DNA from: an uncultured Thermoleophilia bacterium
GTDB lineage: Bacteria; Actinomycetota; Thermoleophilia; UBA2241
Assembly: GCA_963715985.1 (NCBI GenBank)
Contig: CAVQSP010000013.1
Coordinates: 96,001 to 160,000 of the forward strand
DNA: 64,000 nucleotides
Direction of reading: 5' to 3'
The notes below the pieces were generated by a model, which was given only the letters and a program-made list of their open reading frames with translations, was not told the DNA's origin and searched no databases. Made by a program: the position numbers and the translations under genes. Below, in pieces: positions 9,007 through 20,400 of this stretch (position 1 is its first letter; each line of letters opens with the position of its first letter).

Positions 9007-10980
9007 GTGCAGGCCGCCGGCGACACCAGCGATAGTGCGGGGGCGCAGGGCGCGCACTCCACCGCCCCGCCGCTCACCCTGGGCACGGCCGGCCACATCG
9101 ATCACGGCAAGACCGCGCTCATCACCCGGCTGACCGGCAAGAACACCGACCGCCTGCGCGAGGAGCAGGAACGGGGCATCTCGATCGAGCTGGGCTACGC
9201 CGAGCTCGAGCTCCCCGGCGGCGGCAAGCTCAGCGTGGTGGACGTGCCCGGCCACGAGCGCTTCGTGCGCACCATGGTCGCCGGGGCTACGGGTGTGGAC
9301 CTCTTCCTGCTCGTCATCGCCGCGGACGACGGAGTGATGCCGCAGACGCGCGAGCACGTCGCCATCATCGAGCTCCTGGGCGTGCGCGACGGCGTGGTGG
9401 CGCTCAGCAAGGCCGACCTCGTGGACGACGAGTTGCTGGAGCTCGCCGAGGCGGATGTGCGGGAGTTCCTGGAGACGACGCCCTACGCAGGTGTGGAGCT
9501 GGTCACCGTGAGCGCCCGCGACGGGCGCGGCACGGGTGAGCTGCTGGCCGCGCTTGAGCGTGCCGCCTCCAGGGTCGTGGCGGGGCGCGGGGAGGGTCCC
9601 GCCCGGCTCCCCATCGACCGCGTCTTCCCGCTCAAGGGCATCGGCACGGTGGTGACGGGCACGCTGTGGCGCGGCGAGCTGCGCGCCGGCGACCCTGTGG
9701 TGATCGTCCCCGGCGGCGCCCGCACGGCGGTGCGCAGCGTGCAGGTTCACGACCACGAGACGGACGTGGTGCAGGCCGGCAGCCGCGTGGGCGTCAACCT
9801 GCGCGGCCTCGACCGCGGCGAGGTCTCGCGCGGCGACTGGCTGGTGGCGCCGGAGCTCGCCGCGCACGTGGGCCGGCGCTTCGACGCGTGGGTGCAGCTC
9901 GTGCCCGGCGGGCGGCCGCTGCGCGCGGGCGACCGTGTGCGGCTGCACCACGGCACGGCGCAGTACCTGGCGCGGGTCGCGCCGCTGGAGGGTCGCGAGA
10001 TCGCGGCGGGCGCGCAGGCGGCGGCGGTCGTGCGGCTCGACGGCGACGCGGCCGTCGAGCCGCACGACCGCTTCATCCTGCGCGCCCTCTCGCCGGTGGC
10101 CACCGTGGGCGGTGGAGAGGTGTTGGCAACGGGCCGGCGCCACTGGCACGACCGCGCCCGTCACGGCGCCTATCTCGAGGCCGCGAGGGCCGGAGACGCC
10201 CGCGCCGCCGCGCTGGCCGTGGCGGCGGATGCAGGCTCCGCCGGTCTCACGGCCGCCGACCTGGGGGCCGCCGGCTTCACGATGGCCGCGGCCGCCACCG
10301 CCCTTGCGGCAGCCGGCAAGGCCGGGGAGGTCGAGACCCTGCCTGCGCCGGGTCGCGCCGGCGTCGGCGCGCGCTGGTTCGCCGCCGGCGTGCTGGGCGT
10401 CATGCGAGCCGCGCTGGTCGAAGGTGCCGCCGAACGGGCCGCGACGCGGCCGGAACGGCCCTTCTCGAGCGCGGCGGAGCTGGCTGCTCTCGTCCCCGCT
10501 CTGCCGGCCCGAGATGTGGACGCCGTCCTGCAGGATCTGGCCGCCGCCGGGGAGCTCGTCACCGGCGAGGGCGGCTACGCGCCGTCCGGCGCCGGCGTTC
10601 TCGGCGCCGGACAGGAGGCGCTCGCTGCGGCGGCTCTGGAGCGTCTGGAGGCCCAGCCGATGGCGCCGCCGACCCTCGCGGTGCTGGCCGAGGGGCTCGG
10701 GCGGCCGCCGCGCGAGCTCACACAGGTGCTCGACGTGCTCGCGCGCCGCGGCGACGTGGTGCGCGTGGACAAGGACCTGTGGTTCTCGGCGGGCGCAGTG
10801 GACGAGGCGCGCGCGGCGCTGGAGGCCATGCTTGCCGGCGGGGGCGTGACCCTCGCCGCCTTCCGCGACCGCCTTGACTGCGGGCGCCGCAACGCCCAGG
10901 CCCTCCTCGAGTACTTCGACCGAGAGGGCCTCACCCTGCGGCGCGGCGACGAACGCATCGCCCGTCGGCGCCGCGCCTGA
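9007..10980 (+). CDS. selB: Selenocysteine-specific elongation factor
   Basis: GTAGHIDHGKT, EQERGISIELGY, DVPGHERF; C-terminal winged helix FRDRL..RRNAQALLEYFD...RRGDER. Confidence 0.95.
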   Translation: MQAAGDTSDSAGAQGAHSTAPPLTLGTAGHIDHGKTALITRLTGKNTDRLREEQERGISIELGYAELELPGGGKLSVVDVPGHERFVRTMVAGATGVDLFLLVIAADDGVMPQTREHVAIIELLGVRDGVVALSKADLVDDELLELAEADVREFLETTPYAGVELVTVSARDGRGTGELLAALERAASRVVAGRGEGPARLPIDRVFPLKGIGTVVTGTLWRGELRAGDPVVIVPGGARTAVRSVQVHDHETDVVQAGSRVGVNLRGLDRGEVSRGDWLVAPELAAHVGRRFDAWVQLVPGGRPLRAGDRVRLHHGTAQYLARVAPLEGREIAAGAQAAAVVRLDGDAAVEPHDRFILRALSPVATVGGGEVLATGRRHWHDRARHGAYLEAARAGDARAAALAVAADAGSAGLTAADLGAAGFTMAAAATALAAAGKAGEVETLPAPGRAGVGARWFAAGVLGVMRAALVEGAAERAATRPERPFSSAAELAALVPALPARDVDAVLQDLAAAGELVTGEGGYAPSGAGVLGAGQEALAAAALERLEAQPMAPPTLAVLAEGLGRPPRELTQVLDVLARRGDVVRVDKDLWFSAGAVDEARAALEAMLAGGGVTLAAFRDRLDCGRRNAQALLEYFDREGLTLRRGDERIARRRRA

Positions 10981-11026
10981 CGCACGCGGTCCAACGCGTC
11001 CGCCAACGTCCGCCGTCCGCCGCCCC

Positions 11027-14000
11027 TCAGGCGTCGGCGAACGACGCCACCTGGTCGCGGCCGCGCCGCTTGGCCAGGTACATGGCCCAGTCGGCCTTGT
11101 CCAGGAGCTCGTCGCGGCGCTCCGCGTCGTCTGGGTAGCCGGCGATGCCGATGCTCACGGTGAGCGGCGTCCCGTGCGCGGCGAAGCCCGCCGCGTGGAT
11201 ACGCTCACGGATGCGCTCCGCCACCGTGAGCGCCGCCTCGATGTCGGTCTCCACGAGGATCACGACGAACTCCTCGCCCCCGTACCGGCCGGCTATGTCG
11301 ATGCTGCGCACGGACTGCTCGATGATGTGCGACACCTCTCGCAGCACGCGGTCGCCGGCGCGATGCCCGTTGGCGTCGTTGAAGTCCTTGAAGTGGTCGA
11401 GGTCGCAGAACAGGATCGTGAGCGGTCGCCCCGACTCGTGGGCGCGGTGCAGCTCCTCCGCCAGCCGCTCGTGCAGGTACCTGTGGTTGTACAGGCCGGT
11501 GAGTGCGTCTGTGATGGCCTCGATCTCGGCGCGGCCCAGACGCACGGCCGCGGACTGCAGCATCGAGGCAAAGGTCTGGGGGCTCTCGCCGCGCAGGGCT
11601 TCCGTTCCGGTCCGAGACAGCGCGGGCAGGTCCGCAGCCACTGCCGCCACGACGCGGCCCGAAGAGTCGAGGATCGGCGCAAGCCCGGTGACCCACACGC
11701 CGAACCGGTCGGCGAAGAGGGTGTTCACCTGCGGCCGCTGCCCTCCGAAGATCTGGGGGAGCTCGTCGTCGGCGAAGATCTCCTCGCCGAAGTGCGAGCG
11801 GTCCGCCTCGCTCTCCTCGGGGTCCACGCCGATCACGAACTTCTTGTCGATCTGCACGTGCGTGGTGAGGAACCGTGTGGGCGGGTTGGCGTCGCGCACC
11901 TCGCGCAGGATCTCGCTGATCTCGTTGTATTCCGGGCTCTGCTCGTCCTCGGGGCCGCTGAGCACCGAGTGCTTCTCGCCCGGGATGCGCGAGGCCGCCT
12001 CGGCGGCGATGGCCTCCGCCTCGGCGTGCGTCCGCGCCAGCTCTTCCAGCACCGCGAGGAATGCGTCCACCATCTCCGGGTCGAACTGCGTTCCCCGGCA
12101 GTGGCGCAGCTCGGCGAGACACTCGCCGTAGGTGAGCGCAGCCTTGTACGGGCGGCGGCACGACATGGCGTCGTAGGCGTCGACAACGGCCATCCCTCTG
12201 GCGAGCAACGGGATGGCATCCCCGGCGAGACCGTCGGGATACCCGTTGCCGTCGAAGCGCTCGTGGTGGTGGCGCACTCCGTCGACGAGGGCCCCGCGGA
12301 AGAGCGGGCGGATGATGTCGGCGCTGAACACCGGGTGCAGGCGCATCTGTTGCCACTCCTGCGGATTGAGGCGTCCGGGCTTGAGCAGCACGCGGTCCGA
12401 GATGCTGATCTTGCCGATGTCGTGCAGATACGCCGCCTCTTCAAGGGAGTCCATGAGCTCGGGCGGCCATCCCAACTTGTGCCCGAGCATCATCGTGTAC
12501 GCGGCCACCCGGGCGGCGTGGCCGAGGGTGTAGTAGTCCTTGGCGTTCAGGGCCGAGCTCAGCGCCTTGAGGTTGCCCAGGTGCATCTGCTTGATGTCGT
12601 CGTACAGCTGGGCGTTCTTGATGGCCAGGGAGAGCTGGGTCGCGACCCGCTCCAGCAGCCTGACGTCCAGATCCTGAAAGGCCATGGGGTCTCGGCTCAT
12701 GAGCGCGAAGGCGCCCATCATCCCGGCATCCGACGGCAGGGCGATGGCGACGGCGGCGCGCCAGTCGGCCAGGAGCGGGTGGTGCGCCGGCAGAGGCGCG
12801 TCCTGGGGCAGCAGCATGCGCACTACGCCCCTCTCTTTCAGGCTGTCAAGGAACTGCCCGCCAAACTCGCCCGCGGCCATGCCGGTCATCAGGCCCGCAG
12901 AGCCGTCCGGCGAGATCACGCGCTCGATGCGATCGCCCCTGGCGAGGAACAGGGCGTGGCTGTCGAACGGCATGAGCTTGCGCAGCTCATCGACGGCGGC
13001 GCCGACGATCTCTTCGAGATCGAGGCTCGCCGCCGTCCTCCGCGCGATCTCGTTGAGCAGCTGTGTCTCCTGGTTGGCGGCCTGTTGGCTCTCGAACAGC
13101 GTGGCGTTCTCGATGGCCATGGCGGCGGCGTGGCACACGGCGGCGGCGGTCTTGAGCTCGCCCTCGGTGAACGTGCGCTCCTCGCCGCTCTCGACGAGCT
13201 CGACCGTGCCGATGACCCGGTCCTGGACGATGAGCGGCAGGGTGGCCCAGCTCTTCTTCGCATACTCCTTGTTGATCTCGTGCACGCGGTTGGTGAGTCG
13301 CGGGTCGCGCAGCGAGCGCACCACCGTCGGCCGCTTCGTCGTGATGACCTCGCGCGTGACGGCGGCGTCCGCGAGGGAGAGGTACTGCCCGATCCATGCC
13401 TCGTCCACGCGGCCGTGCTCGACGCGCATGAGCGTGCGCAGACCCTCGCCCTCGATCACGGTGATCTCGCACTCCGGCACGCCCACGCTCTCGCAGAGGC
13501 GCTTGGCCGTGGCCAGCAGCGTGTCGCGCAGATCCAGACTGCTGGAGAGCTCCAGGGCCGACTCGCTCATCAGCGTCATCCAGCGCACGCTGTCATCGAG
13601 CTCCCGGTACAGCCGCGCGTTGGCCACCGCCTGGCCGGCGATCTGCGCCAGGCCGACGATGGCGTCCACGGCGGCGAAGGGTCGCGACTCGCGGTTGTAG
13701 AGGTCGATGAACCCGATGAGATCGCCGCCGGCGAGCAGGGGGACGCTCATGCACGCCCTGTACCCCCACGTCTCGGCGTCCGCACGGTCGGCCGGGGTCG
13801 CCCGCAGGGTCGGCCAGGACGTCAAGGACGATCACCGGCCGGCGCGTGGCCCTCGCCTCCGTGAACATGGAGAAGTCCGCCATCCGGTAGCGCGTGCCGC
13901 GTACGGTCCTGCTCGGCGCTCTCGCCCACGGAGACGAGGATCTCGGCGTCCTCGCCCACCACGCCGTACACGTCACACATGTCGGCCCGCGAGACGGTGA

Positions 14001-16369
14001 GGATGCGCTCCGCGACCTTGGCGATGACGGCGTCGATGTCGAGCGTAGAGCCGAACTCCAGGCCGGAGTCCACCAGCAGGCGCAGGTCGCGGTTGCCGCT
14101 CTCGAGGCGCTCCACGAGCATGGCCTTCTCGAACGCCCCCGCCAGCATGCGGCCGACGTTGCGGATGAAGTCGAGCTGGCCCGAATACTCGCGCACCTTG
14201 GTGTCGAAGACGTCGATCAAGCCGATGGGTCGACCGTCGACCACGAGCGGCAAGGAGACCATGCTGCGGTAGCCCCAGCGGCGGTAGGCGCTCGCCTCCT
14301 CTTCCGGCAGATCGACGGCCTCCAGGTCACCGACAACGACCGGCTCGTTGGCGGCCAGCGCTGCGACGGTGACCTCGTACACCGCCAGGTCGCGCTCGCT
14401 GCCTATCTCGTCTTCGTCCCAGCCGCGGCTGTCGAAGCTGGCGAGGCAGCGCATGTGCTCGCCCTCGATCGTCCAGATGTCGCAGTCCTCAGCGGCGAGG
14501 ATGGCTCGCAGCCGCTCGGCGACGATGCGCGCGAGGCCTTCGAGGCCCTGCTCTTCGTTGAGCCGGTCGCTGAGCTCGACGAGCTCGCGCAGGGCCGCGT
14601 TGCTGTGCCGCAGACTCTCCATGAGGTGCGCGTTCTGGAGAGCCTCGGCGACGGTGTGTGCGGCGCTGCGCAGGAAGCCGCGCACCTCGTTGTAGTCGCG
14701 CTCCCTGGTGTCGAACAGGTCGATCAGGCCGACCACTTCGTCGCCGGCGATGAGCGGGAAGCGAGATGGCAGGCTGCGGAAGTCGAACTCGCCCCAGTCG
14801 TCGCGCTCCACGTCAGTCACACGCGGGTCCCGGAGTGCGCAGAACACCAGCGTCTCGCGGTCCTCGAGCGCCGCCGCGTCGACGGGATGCCGGGCGACTC
14901 CAGGATCTTGCCGCGCAGCGCGAACGTCCTCGCCGCTGCTGTCGAAGCTGGCGAGACAGCGGAGGTACCCTTCCTCCAGCCACCACACGTCGCAATCCTC
15001 CACGTCGGTCACGTCGCGCAGGTGGCGGGCCGCCACGAGGCCCAGGTCCGACAGCGAGCCGGCGCTCGCAAGGCTCGCTGCGAGGTCGACGAGGCTCTGT
15101 TGCAGGTGGCTTCTCTTCTCGACCTCGTCCACCAGTACCGCGTTGTCGAAGAGACCTGCGGCCAGCTGCGTGACGCCGGTCAGGAACTCGACCTCGCGGC
15201 CCCAGTCGCGCTCGGCGTCGTCGTACAGCTCCACCAGGCCGACCAGCGTGCCGCCCGAGACGAGCGGCATGGTGAGCGAGCTGGCGTAGCCCCACGCGTG
15301 GTAGCGCTCCACCTCCTCCGGCGCCAGACGGCGGTCCGTGAGGTCGTCGATCGCCAGCGGCGTGAGGTCGATGAGCGTGCGTTCCAGCGAGGGGTACTTG
15401 GCGGTGTCCAGGATCATGCCGCTCCTGCTGGTGTCGACGCCGTCGCGAGTCAGGTCGACGAGCCCGCGGATGACGCCGCCGCTCACCCTGTACAGGTCCA
15501 CGCAGTCGGCGTTCACGGCGGCCATGAGGCGCAGGGCGAAGCGCTCCGCGAAGCGTTCCAACTCCGGCGTCTGGGCGACTTCCTGCGAGAGGTCCATGAT
15601 CTCGCGGATGGCCTTCTCTCTGTGTTCAAGCGTCCGGTAGGTGGCGTCCACGTCCACGGCGTGGGCGCACAGGTCGGTCAGTCCCACGACGGTGGGGACG
15701 AACTCACTGAGATCGCGCGTGCGGGAGTCGCTGATCTCGACGGCGCCGATGAGCTCGCCGCGTACCATCATCGGCGCCCACACCATGCAGCGGCAGCCGC
15801 GGCGCTGCAGGGCCAAGCGTTCCCACTGCGTTCCGCGACCGCCCGCGGAAGGCAGCGCCACAGCTCTCGGAGTCTCCGGGCCGCCCTCGACGGGGATCCA
15901 GTCGTTCACGCTCCACGACTCCCCGATGCGGCCGCTCTCCAGCTCGCCGCCTTCGATGGAGACGACGAGACCCAGGCGCTCACCCCGGCGCACCAGCACG
16001 TCGCAGCGCGGCGTCTCGGTGAGCTCGCACAGACGCCGCGCGACCTGCTCGGGGACGTCCCACGGCGCTTCCGTCAGCAGGATGGCCAAGTCGTGATCGG
16101 CATGCACCACGGCGCGCAGGTCCTGGGTCACGCGCCGCAGGTCGGCGTAGTCGCCTGGCTGCGGCCTCTGGCCGTCCTCCGCGGCGCCCGGCATGAGCGC
16201 CTGGACGTCGGCGGACCAGGTAGCGCCGGTGCCCGCCCGGACTGCGGTGCGCCGCGATGCGCCCGGCGTCGGTCCAGCGCCGCACCGTGTTGGCGCTCAC
16301 GCCCATGAGCGCCGCGACGTCGGCAACGCGCAGCCAGGTGGTGTCCGCTCTTTCGCCCGCGATCGTCAT
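11027..16369 (-). CDS. Large signalling protein (~1780 aa): BldC/excisionase-like HTH, about 7 GAF, HD-GYP, Cache-like insert, GGDEF; frameshifts near 16200 and 13830, probable compensating pair at ~14750-14930
   Basis: Joins ORFs 15980..16369 (LRVADVAALMGVSANTVRRWTDAGRIAAHRSPGGHRRY), 13822..16194 and 11027..13825 (HDIGK, HHERFDGNGYP, RSIDIAGRYGGEEF). Confidence 0.85.
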
Positions 16370-16391
16370 GATGGTGCCCGCATTAGTTCAC

Positions 16392-16419
16392 GAATCGGCA
16401 CTTTACGCCAGAATCTTGA
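16392..16419 (-). promoter_or_regulatory. sigma28/WhiG-type promoter TCAAG-N15-GCCGATTC
   Basis: Minus-strand match to the TAAA/TCAAG-N14-16-GCCGATAA consensus, 22 nt upstream of start 16369. Confidence 0.7.
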
Positions 16420-16585
16420 ACAAAACTCCCATCCTGAGGGCCATCGACGGGAGGTTCGGCAGGATGACGCCCTCTTGCACGACGCGCGGATCCGGCGATG
16501 GCACTGGCGCAGCCGGCGGCATAGCATCTCGGTACCGATCAACGCCGGCCGGCACGCGGCCGTGGCGTGGACAAGGGAGGGACAC

Positions 16586-17383
16586 ATGGCGCGCAAGGGC
16601 AGGGTGGAGGGCAAGGTCGCCCTCGTCACCGGGGTCGCCAAGACCAACAGCATCGGGTTCAACACGGCAAGGGTGCTGGGCGAAGAGGGCGCCCTGCTCG
16701 CCATCGTCGACATCTCCGAGCGCGTGCACGGCTGTGCGGAGGAGCTTCGTGGCCTCGGCTTCGAAGTGGCCTCGTACACCGCCGACCTCGCCAGGATGGA
16801 CGAGGTCCGCGCCATGATCGCGGGGGTCGAGGGCTGCTTCGGGCGCATCGACGTGCTGGTCAACAACGCCGGCATGGTGATCGAGGGCATGGACGAGGAC
16901 TTCACCGACTTCGCCCACCTCACCGAGGCCCAGTGGGACTTCGGCATCTCCATCAACCTCAAGACGCAGTTCAACGTCACGCGCAGCGTCATCGGCGGCA
17001 TGATCGAGCGCGGCTACGGCCGCATCGTCAACATCTCGTCGGTGACCGGGCCGGTGGTCGCCAACCCCGAGGAGGCCGTGTACTGCGCGGCCAAGGCCGG
17101 CGTGCTCGGCATGACCCGGGGCCTGGCTCTGGACGTGGCCAAGCACGGCATCACCGTGAACGCCGTGGGCCCGGGGTGGATCGACACCGGCTCCACCACC
17201 GAGGGCGAGCGCGCCGGGGCGCAGAACACGCCCATGGGCCGCGCGGCCACGCCCACCGAGGTGGGCAAGCTCGTCTGCTTCCTGGGCTCGGACGACGCGA
17301 GCTACATCACCGGGCAGCTGGTGGTCATCGACGGCGGCAACACCATCCAGGAGTACAAGGGTCCAAGCGAGCTGTACTACTAA
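16586..17383 (+). CDS. SDR family oxidoreductase (FabG-like)
   Basis: RBS GGGAGG; ALVTG..SIG, NNAG, YCAAK (YxxxK), ITVNAVGPG, YITGQLVVIDGG. Confidence 0.9.
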   Translation: MARKGRVEGKVALVTGVAKTNSIGFNTARVLGEEGALLAIVDISERVHGCAEELRGLGFEVASYTADLARMDEVRAMIAGVEGCFGRIDVLVNNAGMVIEGMDEDFTDFAHLTEAQWDFGISINLKTQFNVTRSVIGGMIERGYGRIVNISSVTGPVVANPEEAVYCAAKAGVLGMTRGLALDVAKHGITVNAVGPGWIDTGSTTEGERAGAQNTPMGRAATPTEVGKLVCFLGSDDASYITGQLVVIDGGNTIQEYKGPSELYY

Positions 17384-17471
17384 GGGACCGACCGCGGGCC
17401 TGATGCGTCGCGAGGTGGTTGGTGCGCAGTCGGGGGCCGTCAACGGTGTCACGCGCCGGAAGTGGCGGCGC

Positions 17472-20400
17472 CTACCCGACTGCGAGAGATGCGGTCCCCT
17501 CAAGCTCTTCGAGGGTGGGCCGCATCGCCATGAACGCCTCGACCACGGCGGGGTCGAACTGGCTGCCGGCGCACTCGCGGATCTCGGAAAGGGCCTCCTC
17601 GGCCGGCATGCGGCGGCGGTACGGCCGGTCACTGGTCATGGCGTGGAAGGAGTCGGCGACGAAGATGATGCGCGCCTCCAGCGGTATCGCCTCGCCGGGC
17701 AGCCCATCCGGATAGCCCGTCCCGTCCCAGCGTTCGTGGGCGGAACGTACGATGCGCGCGACCGGCAGCAGGTAGTCGATGCTGGAGATGATGCGTTCCC
17801 CGATGACGGTGTGTTGCGCGATGGCCGCGAACTCCTCGGGGCTGAGGCGCCCTGGCTTGTTCAGGATGGCCCCGGGCACGCCGATCTTGCCGATGTCGTG
17901 GAGCACGGCCGCGTACTGCAGGATCCGCAGCGAGCCGTCGTCGAGCTCAAAACGCCGTCCTATCTCCACGGCGATCGCGGCGAGCACGTCGGCATGGGTG
18001 GCCGTGTAGTGGTCCTTTGCCTCCATGGCCGCGGCCAGCGCGGTCACGGTCTGGAAGTAGTTGCCCTCGAGCTGATCGTAGACGTCGCCGCTTCGTGCGA
18101 CGACGGCGACGAGGCTGGCGATGACCGCGGCGAGCGCCGTCTCGTGACGTGCATACTCCGTCTCGTCCGCGCGCCCCAGGGCGAGCGTGCCGACGACCGT
18201 GTCCCCTCGCGTGATCGGCACCACCAGCAGACTGCGAAGAAGGAGAGGGACATCAGGGGTGGCCTCGCCGGGTGCACGCTGGTCGCGCGCGAGTCTGGAC
18301 GGGAGGCGGTTGGCGGTCGCCCGGCGCTCGAGGTCGGCTATGGCAGCGTCGGCGCCTCCAGGCTGTCCGTCGATCACGCTCACGACGGGCCGACCGGTCG
18401 TGGTCAGGCGTATCCGCACATAGTCGCTGCCGGTGAGCGCGCGGATCCGTCCCGCCAGACCGCGGATGCCGCCCTCGATGTCGTGACCATCGACGAGGGT
18501 CTCGCCGAACGAACCCAGCTCCGCCAGCCCCGAGCTCAGCGCGTCGACGGTGTCGGAGAGCTCGCCGAGTCGCCTGTCCACTTCTCCGGTCATGTCGTCG
18601 AATGCCGAAGCCACCACGCCGATCTCGTCGTGACGATCGAGCCGGAGCTTGTGTCCGGCTTCACCGTTCGCCAGGGCGCGGGCGGCGGCGGCCAGCTGAA
18701 GCAGAGGCCGGCTGATGCGTGTGGTCATGAGTCCGCCCGCGCACAGCGCGATGAAGAGGCAGACGAGCGCTGCGGCGAGGCTCTTCCAGAACAAGTCACG
18801 CTGGGTGGCGTGAAGGTGGGCGCAGTCCACCGCGACCTGAAGCGCGCTCCCCGGGATCACTCGTGGCGCCGCAAGGTTGGCGAAAACCGTGGTCCAGGCG
18901 TCCTCGCCGTCGGTGTGATGGCGGCCCGCTTGCGCAGTGCTGAGGTCAGCGGGATGTGGGCCGTCGGACGATGAGGAGGCCGTCAGCCGGCCGTCCAGGT
19001 ACAGGCCCAGATCGGCGTTGGAGTACCTGCCCAGCTCTTCAAGCAGCCCGTCGTCGATCAGGCGGCTGAAGACAGCCACGCCGGCCGGTCTGCCCTTGCG
19101 CTCCCATCCGGTCACGGTCGCCGCCGTTACGATGAAGAGCCCGCCTCCTGATTTGCTGACCCCCCAGGCCGGCTTCTCGTTCGCGGCTGCCTGGACGGTG
19201 GGGTCCTGCCAGTCGGCCGCTGCTTTGTCGGTCTCGGCGACCAGGGTCCCGTCCATGGCGAAGATGGCGACGGCCTGGATGGGGTAGATGTCGACCACCG
19301 GACCGAGGACGTTGCTCTGCATCCATGCCATGTCCCGGCTTCTGATGGCCTTCTGGAAGTCGGGCCAGGACGCATAGTCGACGAGGTTGTTGAGCTGGTC
19401 GTCGGCTTTCATGCCGAGGGCGGTCTTCACGCCGCGGACCGCGGCCGTCGCGTCCGCGCGCGCGACGTTGTCCATGGAGCCCGCATAGCGGTACTGCATG
19501 ACCAGGGCGTAGGTCCCGAGCGGCACGACGGCAACGAGCGCGAACGCCAGCAGGAACCTGGCCCGCACCCCATGGAGGGACCAGGCGGAGGGCCAACTGC
19601 GGGGCGATGCGGCCGGCGCCGGCGCGCCTGCGGGAGGCCTGACGCTCGCGGGCGCGCTCGTCACCTGCGGGTTCTCCGAGGAGGAGAGGGCTGCATCCAG
19701 GGACACGGCGACGGGCAGCGCGCCGGTCCTCTCGTCTGCGGCGGGCTCGGGGTCCTCGGCCACGAGCGCGCTCGACCAGCCGACGGTCGCGTTCTTGCCC
19801 GCTCTCTTGGCCGCATACATGGCGTCGTCGGCGCGCTTCAGGAGCAGGTGTGTCGACAAGGCGTCGCCGGGGAACGTGGCCACGCCGGCGCTCACTGTGA
19901 CGGAGGGGAGTTCCCCGTGGGCCGTCTCCGCGGCCGCGATCCGGATGCGCTCGGCGACATGGAGCGCTTGCCGCTTGCCGGCCTCGGGGAGAAGGACGGC
20001 GAACTCCTCACCACCGATCCGTCCGGCCGTGTCGAAGGCGCGCAGGCTGTCGATGATGTCCGCCGCGACCGCGGCCAGCGTCTCGTTGCCGACCGGGTGG
20101 CCGAAGGAGTCGTTGATGCTCTTGAAGTCGTCGAGGTCGATGACGATGAGGCTCACGGCGTGACAGAGCCGGCTCGCCCGCGAGAGTTCCTCGTCGAGGC
20201 GGCGAAAGAAGTGAGGCTGGTTGGCGAGACCGGTCAGCATGTCGTACGAAGCCAGTCGCGACAGGCGCCGGTTGGCGCGAAAGAGCGTGGCACGAGCGAC
20301 CATCCAAGACACAGCGCCGGCACACGCGCCGATCGCGGCTCCGTACAGATAGAAGGACGTCGCCCGACCTGGGGCGACGACCACCTGCGTGGCTGAGATC

